Assembly (NCBI RefSeq): GCF_006345805.1
Contig: NC_043003.1
Span: 85,560,001 to 85,624,000, forward strand
Direction: 5' to 3'
Length of the DNA stretch: 64,000 nucleotides
Origin: Octopus sinensis
Taxonomy: Eukaryota
Of the stretch, positions 37,449 through 51,900 are shown piece after piece. The notes under the pieces are model-generated. The model made no database searches and had not been told where the DNA came from. It saw only the letters and a program-made list of their open reading frames with translations. A program made the translations under genes and the position numbers. Position 1 is the first letter of the stretch, and each line of letters begins with the position of its first letter.

Positions 37449-40400
37449 AGTGGAAGTTGTATCTTCTTTTCTTGACATGGTACAATAGTTGCAAATGCAT
37501 GTCACTAGACTTCCATGAGAACATGTCCAGCTTTGGGGAAACATGAAGGGTATCGACAATAGAAAATCTGTCTCATTGAATTCTATCTGACCCTTGGAAG
37601 CATGGAAAACAATATATATTTATGGCGCCTGCCTGTCTTGTTAATTCTGTTAGAAATCAATATTTTAACTAATCTCTCTTTCTTTCTCCTCCTTGGCCTA
37701 TGGACTGTGTTTCAAATGAGGATCAGAGTTGACCTCCGCATCAAATGAATCATTACCATCAGTCACATATACTAGTCACAGTGACATGGAACGGTTCCGG
37801 AAGCTACTAGAAACAGAAGAGAAGAACCTTTTAGCAACCCAGTATTCCTTACAAGACCAATCATCATCACAGATGACCAACATACTTAAACGTATTTATT
37901 AATTTTTACTAACACACACACACATATTAAATTTTACTAACACACACAAACACACAAATTGTTTTATTTTTTTAGTTCCATGTTTGCATGCATGGTGTTT
38001 TTTTTCTTTTTGTTTTTAGTTTTTTTCTCTGTGTTTGTTGGAGCAATATCTTTTATATGGATGGTTGTCTTTCCTAACTCTAGCTCTTCAATCATTAAAT
38101 AGCAGTTGAACCTGTTAGATAAAGTAAAGCAAACAGATTCAAGATATATTATTAATGTAAATGCTAGCAGCCACAACGTGCTGCTTCTGCTACTACTACT
38201 ACTACTACTACTGCTGCTGCTATTGGTGGTGGTGTTGGTGGCAGCAGTGGTGACAACAACAGCAGCAGGTGGTGGGAGGATATTTAGTACATATGAGAAA
38301 TGCTGGTTTCTCACTTAGTCACTCAGGTAGTGCAAGGAGATGCTAAACCCAGTGACTGGTGCAAAAGCATCAATCATGAACTACTACAAGAGCAAATGAG
38401 ATGTTCTAGAAAGAATTAAGTGCAGTGGCATTAAAATGAAGAACCAGTTACATGAAAATGGCAGAGAAAGTTACAGCTAGGCTGATCAAGGAGAGAACTA
38501 TCTTCGATGAGATAGACTTTGGATGAGGTTGTACCAGGATGTAGAACTACCAATGTCCTCTTCTTGGAGAGCTTACTACAAGAGAAGTGCTTAGCCAAGA
38601 ACACTCTATTATACTTAACATTTGTTGTCTGGCTTGGAGAATATCTTTGAGTGGGTACCACAACCTGTAGTCTGACAGTTGCTAAGATAACCAGGTGTGG
38701 ATGAATGGCTTGTGTGAGCTATGTTAGTCATGAATATGAGACTTAGCAATGTGACACTTAGCAACAAGCTCTTTGAAAACTTTAGTATTCAGGTTGGTGT
38801 TTAACTAAGTTCACTTCTCAGTCTCTTCCTCCTGTTTACCATTGTAACAGAAGAGTTCAAAACTGGCTGTCCTTGGCAATTCCTGTATGCCAGTGATTTA
38901 GTTATCATAAGTAAATCAGTTGGAGAAAAAGTTCCAAATGTAGAAGCAGGATCTAGATTCACAACCCTAAAGATCGGTTTATCAAGAAAGAAGAAAAGAA
39001 TCCACTATTACTAAGTGTGAAGTGACCATGCTTGATATATAAAAAAAGGGAATTGGTAGGAACTGCATTCTGTGTATCCAATGCAACAACGGATATACGA
39101 AAGGTACAGTGGAATCTCAGACAAGCCAACTGAGAAGTAGGATTTCATCTGTAATAAAGCACATGAGGATGTTAGCTGTAAAAGCAATCAAGAAATGAAG
39201 TTTTTCAATACCCTAGGAGGTTTATTAGAAGTAGTTGGTAACTCCTGTTACCTAGGTAACCTATTCAGAAGTGGAGGTGATTGTAGCTAAAAACATAGTT
39301 GTTAAGTGAAAGGATGGGGCGGGAAAGCTATCAAAATTATTACTGCTAGCATTTGTCTTTTTATTGTTGTTGGTATAGGCATAGTTGTGTGGTTAGCTTC
39401 ACTTTCATGTGGTCTCAGGTTGATTGTACTGTGTCGTACTTTGGATAGGTGTTTTCTATTATAGCCTTCAGTTGGCTGATGCCTTATGAATAAAATTTGG
39501 AAGATGGAAACTGTACAGAAGCCCATGGCTGTGTGGTTTTGAACACACACACATATGCATACACACAAATATAGCAAAAATTCTAGCAAAAACTGTCCAA
39601 CGAACGGGAACGTGATACACACAAATATATAAATGTATGTGTGTGTTTGCCTGTATGTGTTTTTACATTGCTTGGGCTGCAGTAAAGTTTGTTATGTTCC
39701 ACATAACCAATACATCTCAGATTTCATTGATTCAGTATCTAAGACCACTGGAACACCTAACATGAAAACATGTAAAGGTTGGCGTTGGCATCGGGGAGAA
39801 CATCCAGCCACAGAATACTACCTCAAGAAGTCTTGTCCAACCCATGCCAGCATGGAAAAAGTGGACATAAAAATGATTGTTGATAATAATAATAATGTTG
39901 CTAAAAATAGAAAAGCAAGATATGAGCAGCATCGACCACATCAGGTGGACCAGCCTAATCCTTATGCACATTGAATGATGATTGCTAGGAAGCTACAATT
40001 GTTGGGGTTATTGTTGTAAGTTATCTTCTGTCAGCAACTGCAGTTTCAATTTCATGAAGTGAAATTTACGGCCGGTTGTGGCCGTTGCCAGCCTCGTCTG
40101 GCCCCCGTGCCGGTGGCACGTAAAAAGCACCATCCGATCATGGCCGTTTGCCAGCCTCGTAAAAAGCACCCACTACACTCACAGAGTGGTTGGCGTTAGG
40201 AAGGGCATCCAGCTGTAGAAACACTGCCAGATCAGACTGGGCCTGGTACAGCCTTCTGGCTTCCCAGACCCCAGTTGAACCGTCCAACCCATGCTAGCAT
40301 GGAAAACGGACGTTAAACGATGATGATGATGATGAAAGCTCATTTCATTTCATTTGTATTTATGCTGTGTAGAAAACTAAAACCATCAAAACTTCCTAAT

Positions 40401-41360
40401 GTTCCACCACCATCACTAACAATCTGATGTTTCTTGATGTTTTCTCAATGATTAATCTGTATTGATCTCATTCATATTACTTCAAATCAGTTTATTTACA
40501 GGACTAAGCCACTTGCCAAACTGGTTTGCAACCTTGCTACATTAGCTGATGCTGTTTGCTGTTTTTAACCCCAGGTTGACCCTGAACTAGCAAACCTATG
40601 ACCAGAGTTGTTCCAGCCACGACCGGTTTCAGTCATAAAAATTTGGCTTTGGTCAATCATATTGCAACCCACATATACTCATTCTTGCTCATATGCAATG
40701 CGCATACACGCACACACACACACACATATGATGAACTTTTATAGTTTCTGTCTCTCATTATTTCAATCAAATGGTGACCCAAGGCTGTAGTTGAAGACAC
40801 CTCTACACTGTTTCATGCTCAATCCCACATGGTTGTGAAACAAAGACAATCAAAATTCTGTGTCAGCAGCAGCTATGGCCAATGTCTAGGTTGAAGGAAA
40901 TAGTTCAAAATCAGACAAACATTGCTCCACCTGGCACTCTGTTGGTTATGACTACAAGTGTTCTAGTTGATTTGATCAACAGAACAACCTGCTCATGACG
41001 TTATTCTGCAAGTAACTGAGCACTCCACAGATATGTGTACTCCTAACATAGTTCTAAGGGAGATTCGGCATGACACTGACTGTGACAAAGCTGGCCCTTT
41101 GAATCACAGGTACCACTCATCTTTGCTAGCTGAGTGGACTGGAGAAACATGAAATAAAGTGTCTTGCTCCAGGATACAACACACCACCAGGAATTGAACT
41201 CATGACTATATGATCATGAACCAAATACCCCTAACCACTAAGCCAAATGCCTTCACATGATTTGATGACATTTAGCCAACCTGCAAGGCAGGAGAATTTA
41301 AACAGGGACTTCATGATTGCAAAGTGACCTTTTTAACCATTCATTCAGCCATACTGCACC

Positions 41361-41396
<36 letters not shown>

Positions 41397-44300
41397 GGAA
41401 GGTTTACGAAAATAACCAAAAGACGAAGGCAGGTGGAGTACAAACAAACAAATGTATTAGTATGGCGCTCAGGAATAGAAATAGAACAAGTCTTTTACGT
41501 TTCGAGTCTACGCTCTTCGACAGAAAGATACACAGAAAAAAAACAAGGAGAGAAAAAAATGCGTGTAGGAGCTAACGATCTATCATGGTGTTCTGATATA
41601 TATATATTTATATACGCATTAGTTCTCTAACATAATGCAATAAAATGTTCCTTTGATGATCCATTGTGGTTAAACATCCAGTTGCACTTGGAACATCCAA
41701 TGCAGAGTTCCAAACAACCAGAATGATGAAACATACATAGAAACTAATAGTAATATAAACTTGTGTTTATCATAATTTACACTGACCACTAAGTGATGCA
41801 CCTTCAACAAACATTAAGGCAATGTTATATCCTTGTTAAAATAGACATTATTTTGTGCACAGGCATAGCTGTGTGATTAAGAAGCTCTCTTTGCAATCAT
41901 GTAGTTTCATGTTCAGTCCCACTGAACAGCACTTTGGGGAAATATCTTCTACTATAAGCTCTAAGCCATCCAGTACCTCGTTAGTGAGTTTGGCAGACAG
42001 AAACTGTGTGGAAGCCTATTGTGTGTGTGTGTGTGTGTATATATAATGTGTCTGTGCTTGTCCCCATCCTTCAAGGTGGTGCCTTAGCATGGCCATAGTC
42101 CAGTGACTGAAACAAGCAAAAGATAAAAGATTATAATTATCTTAATTTTTATATAATTTTTTTTATCGTTTTTCCGTTTTCCAGAAACCCCCCAAGATGT
42201 TCCAGGTGCTTTCACCCCAGTTCAGAACAACAGGGGTCCTATCACAGCTGTTAACGACACAACAAAAGTGAATAAGGTTCGTAGGGTTTTGCATGCAGAT
42301 ATTTCTGATGAGGAGCCCTCTTCTGACAGAAATGGAGAACTATCACACTCAGAGTCTGGATTCACTCTCAAAGATCTCAAAAAGGTTAATTTTTTTTGTT
42401 GAAGGTTCTTTTATTTCTTTCTTGGTTCCCTGATTGCTTAATTGTGAGGACACATGATCTAGTGGTTAGGGTGCTGCACTCATGATCTCAAGATCATAGT
42501 TTCAATTCCTAGACTGGGTGGTGCATTGTGTTCTTATTTCTTTACTGCCCACAAGGGGCTACACACAGAGGGGACAAACAAGGACAGACAAACGGATTAA
42601 GTCAATTATATCGACCCCAGTGCATAACTGGTACTTATTTAATCGACCCTGAAAGGATGAAAGGCAAAGTCAACCTCGGCAGAATTTGAACTCAGAATGT
42701 AGAGGCAGACGAAATACCACTAAGCATTTCACCTGGCGTGCTAATGCTTCTGCCAGCTTGCTGCCTTGGTGCATTGTGTTCTTGAGCAAAACACTTCATC
42801 TCACATTGCTCTGCGATCACTTTGACACCTGACATGTGGTACGCCCTGCACCTGTTCAGGCAACGTTCAATTGATGGAGGGAGTGAGTTAATGTATGGCC
42901 TATACATTTGATCCTTATTAACCAGTGGAAAGTTCCAAGAGGGCATTGAAGAAAATTGGGGCAATAATTGGGTAGTGATTCATGTAAAAATGGGGTGATA
43001 ATGGGGTAGCAGTTCATGTAAAAACAACAAAATAATGGGTTCATTAGGTTAAGTTTTATTTGCGAATTACAGTTGCTTTGAATTTCCTTCAGAAAGAGGT
43101 TTATGTTTATGATGGTTAGTTGGGATGGGGGCACTAGGAATGTGGCCTGGTATCAAGAGGGTGGCAGTCTGAAAAAGTTTGGGAACCACTGCTATAAACA
43201 AATTCTTTGTGCAGGTCCTTTGGCAATGCTGAACACTCGTATGTCATCTTCGACGGTAGAGTCTGTCAATTGCTTAAGGTGTCTGATGTATATATTGCTG
43301 GTGTTGTTTATGTAGATGCAGGTATTGGTGTGCAGTTAAAAATGTTGGTTTGCAACCACATAGTTTCCGGTTCAGTCCCACTGTGAGATACTTAAGGCAA
43401 GTGTCTTCTACAATAGCCCTAGGATGACCAAAGCCTTGTGAGTGGATTTGGAGACTGAAAGAAGCCCATGCATGTAGATGTATTTGTGTGCTTGTGTCTC
43501 CTAATTATGACAACAGGAGATAGTTGTAAATAAGCATCACCATCATACAAGCAGAGTCCCTCATTTCCAGTCTTCTGTCAAAACATGCCCACTCATGGGA
43601 AAATAAGAATTTTACCTTGCTTGGAAGCAGGTGAGAGTTTGCAACAGGAAACACATCTGGTTAAAGGAAAACTGACCCATGCAAGCATAGAAAAATAAAT
43701 ATTAAACCAATGATATATGTATCCATTCAATTATTCATCCATTGATTTTTCACTGCTTGCAATTTCTGAGAGGTCTGCAGGAGTAGAATCATCAGGCACC
43801 TCCTCCATACAGTCCTATCCGAATCAACCATCATCAAACATTCCTGCTGGATTCCCAAGTGCGACCAACTAAGACTGTGGATATTATCCAACCAATTCAC
43901 TTGTTCTCCTTGTAGGTCTCCTACCAGTTGGCTCAGCATGAAGTGTATATATTTTGTGATCCTCTCCTTTGGCATTCTAATCACATATATAAAATGTTGT
44001 TTTTGGTTTTCAGGTGCTGGAAGAAATGCAGCGAGAAATGGTTATTTATGAAGAAAATACTGGTAAGGTACCAGCTGAGAAGCAACAAAAGGAGACATTT
44101 TCAGGCTACACAATGTCTCTTTGTCAGACAGTTATTAAGTTGTGTCGATACCTGAGAGAAGTAAGTGATTCTATTATCAGTATCTAAATCGTGTGTGTGT
44201 GTGTATGTATTCTTTTACTTGTTTCAGTCAGACTGTGGCCATACTGGGGCACCAGCTTGAAGAATTTTAGTTGTATGAATCAGCCCCCAGTACTTTTATT

Positions 44301-45286
44301 TCTTTAAGCCTGGTATTTATTCTATCGGTCTCTTTGCCAAACTGTTAAGATCCTGGGATGTAAACACACCATCATCAGTTGTTAAGCAGTGGTGGGGGGC
44401 AAACACAGATGCACACACACACACACATAGTTGTATATAAGTGTGTGTTGAATGATGATGATGATGATGATGGTGGTGCAGTAGATCAGTTCTATACTCA
44501 GCTCCTGTCTTTGACATATACAGACATTCTTCATAACTCCAGATAAGCTACAATGCAGAATCTGCATGCCATAATAGAAAAGGAACAAAGAAAACATAGT
44601 TGGTATTAATGCTTTTATAATATACACATGTTTTGTGAGATAAACAGAATCAATCATGTGGCCATAAAACCTAATTACCTGAAGAAATGCTGTTAGTCTC
44701 TTTTATCAGCATTACCCAAGGGAAAGTGTGTGTGTGTGTATATATATATATATCATCATCATCATCATTTAACTGAAACTGTAAGGCGTCAAGCTGGTAG
44801 AATCGTTAGTACGCCAGGCAGAGTGCTTTGCAACATTTCCTTCATTTTTACATTCTGAGTTCAAATACAGCTGTGGTTGACTTTGTTTTTACCCCTTCAG
44901 GGTCAATAAAATAAATACTATTTGAATATTGGGGGTCAGTGTAATCGATTTACCCCATCGCCTGAAATTGCTGGCCTTGTGCCAAAATTTGAAACCAAAT
45001 ATAATGTGAATCTCTGTTAAATTTGAACATGAAAGTCTGTAAGCAAATACCACAAGACTCTACCGATTATGCTACTCACTACTCTCTTTTAATCAATAAT
45101 ATCATTTTAAGTAATAATAAATATCTATGAAAATTTTTCAAATTTTCAGACGGATGAGAAACTTCAAGAACAGAAGAAACTGCGTGAAAAACTTTCATTG
45201 GAAACATCAGAATTGAAACTTCTTATAGATGCCCTGACTTTGGTAAAGAAAATTTCTAAGAAATCCCTGTGTTGTATGTATGTGTA

Positions 45287-45329
<43 letters not shown>

Positions 45330-45887
45330 AAGGGGTGCTGAAAAGTTCCTGGCTTTAAGGGTATCACAAAAGGTCTGGTTGTAGTCCCAACCTTCTGATT
45401 CTTGTACAGGTCTTAGAAAAACTGAAGGACCACTGCGATGAGTGTGTGAATCTGAAAGGGGAAGATGTTGAATAAAATCATAACTGATCCTCCTGTATTT
45501 TCTTTCATCCAAATCCAGGAACTTTTCGGTACCCCTCCACACACACACACATATATATATATATGTATATATATAAATAACATAGACATTCGTTCACAAT
45601 TGAGTATGACTTAATAGCATCATATTTTTCTTATTATTTTAGGTACCTGTATAGTCACAAACAGACATAGATACATTCTCAGTGGTTCTACCCTTGACTT
45701 AGCAGTATATCAAGGATATGACAACTGGAGGAAGTGAGGGCTGTTTCAGCACCTTGCTACTTCTCACCTCTCAGCTGTGCAGACTGGAACAGTGTGAAAT
45801 GAAGTGCCTTGCTCAAGGACACGCTATACTACTTGCTCCAGGAGTCAAAGCAATGATTTTATAATCTTGTGCCCAACGCACACTCCA

Positions 45888-45943
<56 letters not shown>

Positions 45944-48900
45944 ATGTATAAATATAGATAGATAGATATAATATGTTTGTGTCAAGTGTTTCTAAAGTAA
46001 CATAGAATAATTTGAAGAATGATTAGTAGGAAATTAACCACTCAAAAGTCAAGCCACTGTGGAAACTTCTATATGTTCCCCTGACCTATTAGAAATATCA
46101 GTCAAATCTAACCCAAATCACAGACTGCTGTCTTAAAAAAAGAAAGCACACATAGATAATGTAGTCCAAGATATATTATGCCTGAATAAAAGACAGTATG
46201 GTCATGGTTCTGTTTGAACAGAGTGATCTGGGGGTGGCAAATGAAATATAAAAGTGAATACTAATAACAGCAATATCCAATACTAATATTAAGATTATAT
46301 GTGTTTGTGTGTGACATTGTCTTGAAATCATGTGATGGTAGTCAAATGAGCATCACCATCATTACAAGGGGCATTGTTCATTTCCAGTCTTCCATAAAAA
46401 ACACACCTGGCCAAAGGGAAACTGGTGGAGTAGCTGGCCATAGAAAATTTGTTTTAACAATTAATATCTGACCCATACGAGCATAGGAAAGGGGGCATTA
46501 GATGATGATGATGATTACGACAATGACAACAAGCTATTGTTGTAGTATGACCTGTTAGGAATAGCTGCCAAATTTTCCTCAAAACACTACCTATTATTTT
46601 GAAAGGAAGGATATTACTGTATATTATGGACCCAGATTAAACTCTATAAAAAAATGATAAACAGGTTGCTGCCAGAATGCTGATGCATAGTCCCAGGTCA
46701 ACCCTGTTGGAGCAAGTCTATAGTCAATGACATTTCAACCCTGATCATCTCATTTTTATTCAGATGCAATGTATTAAAGACTACATTATTGAATATGTCT
46801 TTTTTTTTTTTTAAATGTCTGTAGAATGTGAATGAACTGAGGAAGGTTGAGTGACTGTTTCGAGATTTTATCATTGGCTTAAACTGCTAAAATGTTTACA
46901 TCATTGTTTATTCTCTTCAATTCAAACTAATCTGGTTCTAAACAACAACAGTGGCAACAACAATAAAATAATGGCCCTAGAAATTGTATTGATTAATATA
47001 AGAAATTAGTAATGACTGTATTAAATGCAGATGTTCTATTTCAGAATCTGATTGAGAGCCAAGATAAATACAACGGTCTCTATGCGGACATGAAAGAATA
47101 CCAAAGAAATACAAATGAAGAAATTGCATCACTGAAAGTAAGTAGTGTTTGAAAGGAGGAAATTTATCTTTGTTGCAAGCTTAAATTAGCTCAGCGTCTC
47201 TTTCAGGAACACTGGGGCCAGTGTATTGCTGCACAAGGTGACTATTTCAAAGGAAATGATGTTAAAACTGGTACATAAGTTATTTTTTTATTAAACATAA
47301 CAGGAGTGGCTGTGTGGTAAGTAGCTTGCTTACCAAACACATGGTTCCGGGTTCATTCCCACTGCGTGGCATCTTGGGCAAGTGTCTTCTGCTATAGCCT
47401 CGGGCCGACCAATGCCTTGTGAGTGGATTTGGTAGACGGAAACTGAAAGAAGCCTGTTGTATATATGTATGTGTGTGTATATGTTTATGTGTCTGTGTTT
47501 GTCCCTCTAGCATTGCTTGACAGCCGATGCTGGTGTGTTTACGTCCCCGTCACTTAGCAGTTCGGCAAAAGAGACCGATAGAATAAGTACTGGGCTTACA
47601 AAGAATAAGTCCTGGGGTCGATTTGCTCGACTAAAGGCGGTGTTCCAGCATGGCTGCAGTCAAATAACTGAAACAAGTAAAAGAGTAAAAGAGTCTGGGG
47701 ACTTTTTGATACTGCCTTGTATACCGAAATTTTAACCATTCATTTATTTATAAGTTGTTGCTCTTTTTTATATTCCAGACAAAAATCAACTTATTAACTA
47801 GCCCTGGAATGAATGGCACTATTTTGAAGCAGATTCAACAACAAAGGTCATCATCAGAAGTCGAACAGCAACAAAATTACAGTTTGTCCTCTGTGCTCCA
47901 TCAGCAGTTGTCCTCTCAGACCCATCAGCAGTTGCCTTCTCAAACTCATCAGCAGATACCTTCTCAAGCCCATCAGCAATTACCTTCTCAAACCCATCAG
48001 CAGTTGCCCTCACCAACCCATCACCAGTTGCCTTCACAGAACGATCACCAGTTGTCCTCACAGATCCATACCCAATTACACACACACGTCCAAAAGCTAC
48101 AGCAGCAATCATCTACACAGACCCATCAACAACCGAAGCAAACGACTGTGCAAGTTGAGCTGCAGCAACAGAAGCATCAATCAACTGTGCAGCTACAACA
48201 TCAGCAACAAAAGCAAGAACTGGCACGTCTTGCTTGCAGTTTCCACTCCTTTCTGGATGACACTAGAAAACGTACGCATTTCTTTAATTTCAAGTACCAT
48301 TTCTTTTCATTGCGGTTTTTCTTCCCCTTTAGTATACAGTCTGGGTGATACTTGGGAGATATCTTGTTGAAGCAATTATTTTTACAGCCTTCCCTACTGC
48401 TAACCTTTTCAACCATCAAGTAGGGATGAAGCCAGAGTTTTGTCGGTCAGTTTGTTAGAAGAATAACTTGAGTACCAAAGAAAATGGTTAACAGTATTTC
48501 CTCAAGTCTTTTTATATTCTGAGTTCAAATCCTCATAGGGTTGATTGAGTATTAGTCACATACTGGGGTTAGTTTAACCAATCATTTTCACTGCTAATGT
48601 TACAAATCTATTTTATAGCCACCATTCTATGTTAGCATAGGAAGGGCCAGAAATTTTCATATTTGAACATTTGCATTTAAATTATTTGAGAAAGGATTGT
48701 TGGTTATAGTTGTTGTTCCTGAGATCAACTTTGATCAATGAGACCTATGATCAAAGAAGTTCTAATTGTGACATCATTTCATCTTTTTTGAAGATTAGTG
48801 AATCTAGGTATACTTCACTCAGTGTATACTTTTTATTTTTGCTTTGCTATTTTCGAGATGGTAGGTGTAATTTAAGGGAAATGTGGCTGCTGTTTTCAGT

Positions 48901-51900
48901 ACTTTTTTTTGTTCATTTTCAGCTTGCTTTGATCTATCTCTGTTGACTCATGAGTAAGTATTGTTGGTGATGGAGGAGTGAATAGCTTCAGTCCATTCTA
49001 CATGAACAGGCTAATGATTCGATGATAGCTGATGAAGTCTCACACTATAAATACATTGCAAATCTACTACACAGGCCATCATACAGTATTTTGTTGTTTG
49101 AGATCCATTTTAGCAATTTAGAAGTTTTGTGCTGGTTCAGATCACCTTGTAAATAATCATTTCCTGGTTTTGTTCAATGTTGTACTCATTGTCATAGAGC
49201 TTTTGAATTTTGCAGGGGGTAATGTAGCAAGAGTTAATCCTCTGGTTCAGTATACTGGAATATGTCATCCATATACTCTAATTTTCTATTTGTTTCTGTA
49301 CATATTGCATGTGACTTTCTGCACATATTGCATCCAATTTTGCTTTTTGTATATGTTTTATATGTCTGTCTGTCCATAGGTTTGTTGGTGGTAGAAATTT
49401 GTATCCAAAATGAGCAAGGTGAAATAATGTGTCTTATAGCTTAGTTTTCTTCGGATAAATTATGTATTAACATCTTGTGTTAGAAAACTCACATTGGGCC
49501 TTACTCATTATCATTATTTCTATATATATAAACGTCATTATATGCAATATCATAAATGCTATGGATGCTGAAGCATTAAATAAGGTAAATAGAACAAAAC
49601 TATAATGAAGTGCCTATTTATTATAAAGTATCATCCTTCTAATTCAGGCCTGTTTGGATCAGCAACAGAAGAAGAGAATACAAATGGTTGGCATGATTCT
49701 TCTGCAGTTTATGAAACACATCAAGGAAATACTCTGAGCAGTTTTAAAGCAGCTTTCCAGCTTTCTCCTCCTGTGCAAAGAACACACGTGTCTTCAAATT
49801 CTAAAGGTCTGGAGAATTTTTAATACTGTTTACGAATTCCAATAATTTACCCTTTTGCAGGCAGTTTCAGATAGACAGTTTTTCTACAATTGCATTATTA
49901 TATTCTTTTAAATGCTCTTTTTATACTATAAGATTTTAAATTCAGCAGTGGATCTAAAAATCCATTGTTGACTTGAAACAATGTCAGTGAGTTCTGCTGA
50001 AGCTAAGCTTATAGCATTAGGGTAGAGTAGAGTAAGGTGCTTTCTTGAAAAATACATACGATGACTGTAACACTACTGTAGCTGTCAGTGATAGCAGCAA
50101 CTTTCCATCATCCTGATCAAATAGATCTGTGGCATACATTGATGATTATATAATTACATGCTAGCAATCTACATTCAGCATTCTAGATATACTAAGCCAT
50201 TGCTGAGTTGAAGAGACCACAATGGGAACTCCAACATGCAATGATTTATTGTATGAAATGCACTGTGTCATTCTTGGCATAATTCTTCTGCCTATTTCTT
50301 GTATCTCCTGGTGGTGGCTACTGCAGAGATGTTTAAGGTGGACTTAGAGCATACCATTTGTTGTAGTAGTGTTTTAACCAATAACTTAGATCATGGTTCT
50401 CCAATAATTTTGTAACTGAAAAACAAGGATGAAAGGTAATATGGTTTAAAAACCATTTCATCAAAGAGAGGTACAAGCAGATTTTGAGGTCTTTTTTTAT
50501 ATATCAATTAGTCAAAGAAAAGGCAGACTCTTGATTTTTGCATGACTTCCTAGATCAGAGAGATTGATATGGTTGATACATAGCCTGAACATCTTTAGGA
50601 AATATATGGACAAGGAGGGGGCTTGTCTGAATGCTTGTAACAGAATGAACTTTGAATGAACTGATAGTTGTATTAAACTGAGCAACATATTAGGACAACC
50701 ACCTAATATATACTTAATACGTAAGCCCTTGCAATTGTTGTTTAACTTCAAATCAACTCTGATCAAGAAAACCCATGGATAAAGATATTCTAATCATGAC
50801 CATCTTGTCCTTCAGATATTTAGTTGAAAATCTGCAGATGCAATTAGTAGTAGATTAACTTTTGTAACATTTAAGAGCTAACCTTTGATCTACACTTATT
50901 GGTTACTTTCATAAGTTTTCTTCCTTTAATTTACAACCATAGGTCTGTTTCCTTTAAGCTGAGAAATGAGTGTAATCTTTTACTAACTAGGTAGGTTTAG
51001 GTTACAAGACTTGATCTAAGCTTAAACACAAAAGCTATTGAGTAATCAGTAAAATTTTGTTTTATGTTATTCTTACAGATCCACTAGAATTTTTGGATGA
51101 AGCTGAGCTCTCAGCATCGAAGTCCATTTTTGATTTGACACAACAGCCTTCATTGAACACTTCATTTATATCAGATAAGCTTGTTACTGAAACTATTTTA
51201 CCAGGACAAGTTCCAGAAGTGTACCCCTTTCAGAACGACACCACTGCTAGTTCTTTTAAACCAATAAACTCGGCAGTTTCTCAGTCAGTATTGCCTGAAA
51301 TTCACAAAGACGTACCTGCTCGAGACGACTGCCTTTCACCAGAGATAGAAAGCAAATCTTTCCTTGCCAGCCAAATTGAAGAATTAAACAAGCAACATGA
51401 AGAAGCAGAGAGACTTTTACAGAAATTTCTTCAGAGTGGAAAAGAACAGGAAGAAATGTTGAAACTTGGAGGAGAGTTTGAAAGTAAATCTCAGACTGAG
51501 TTACAGAGAGCACAAGGAACTGATGATTTTCTAACATTGCCTACATCTAACCAAATCTCCAATGAGGAGCACCCTCAAACTCTAGAACAACAGAGAAGTA
51601 ACTCACCACATATATTTAATGGTGTATGTATATAGAGTTAGTTTATTGTGTTCCTGTTTTTACTTTAATTCCTCATGTTGTATTTTTACTGCTTTATTGG
51701 AATTGTTAAATATCATTCTCCTGCTTATCCATTCATCCAAGTGCTTATCCTTATTGCATTTAACTTGTGATATAAATATTGTATAAAACTTGAAGCACAG
51801 TCTTGCACTAGATATTTCCTTGTACAATGCACATGCCATGAGAATAAGGTTACGATAAACTTCTTTGGGAATTAGAGCTTGTACTCTAGCCTTAGTTCTA

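Noticed and set aside
47302-47380. tRNA genes at SINE heads
   Set aside because: A/B boxes are present, but there is no complete cloverleaf and each continues into a SINE body
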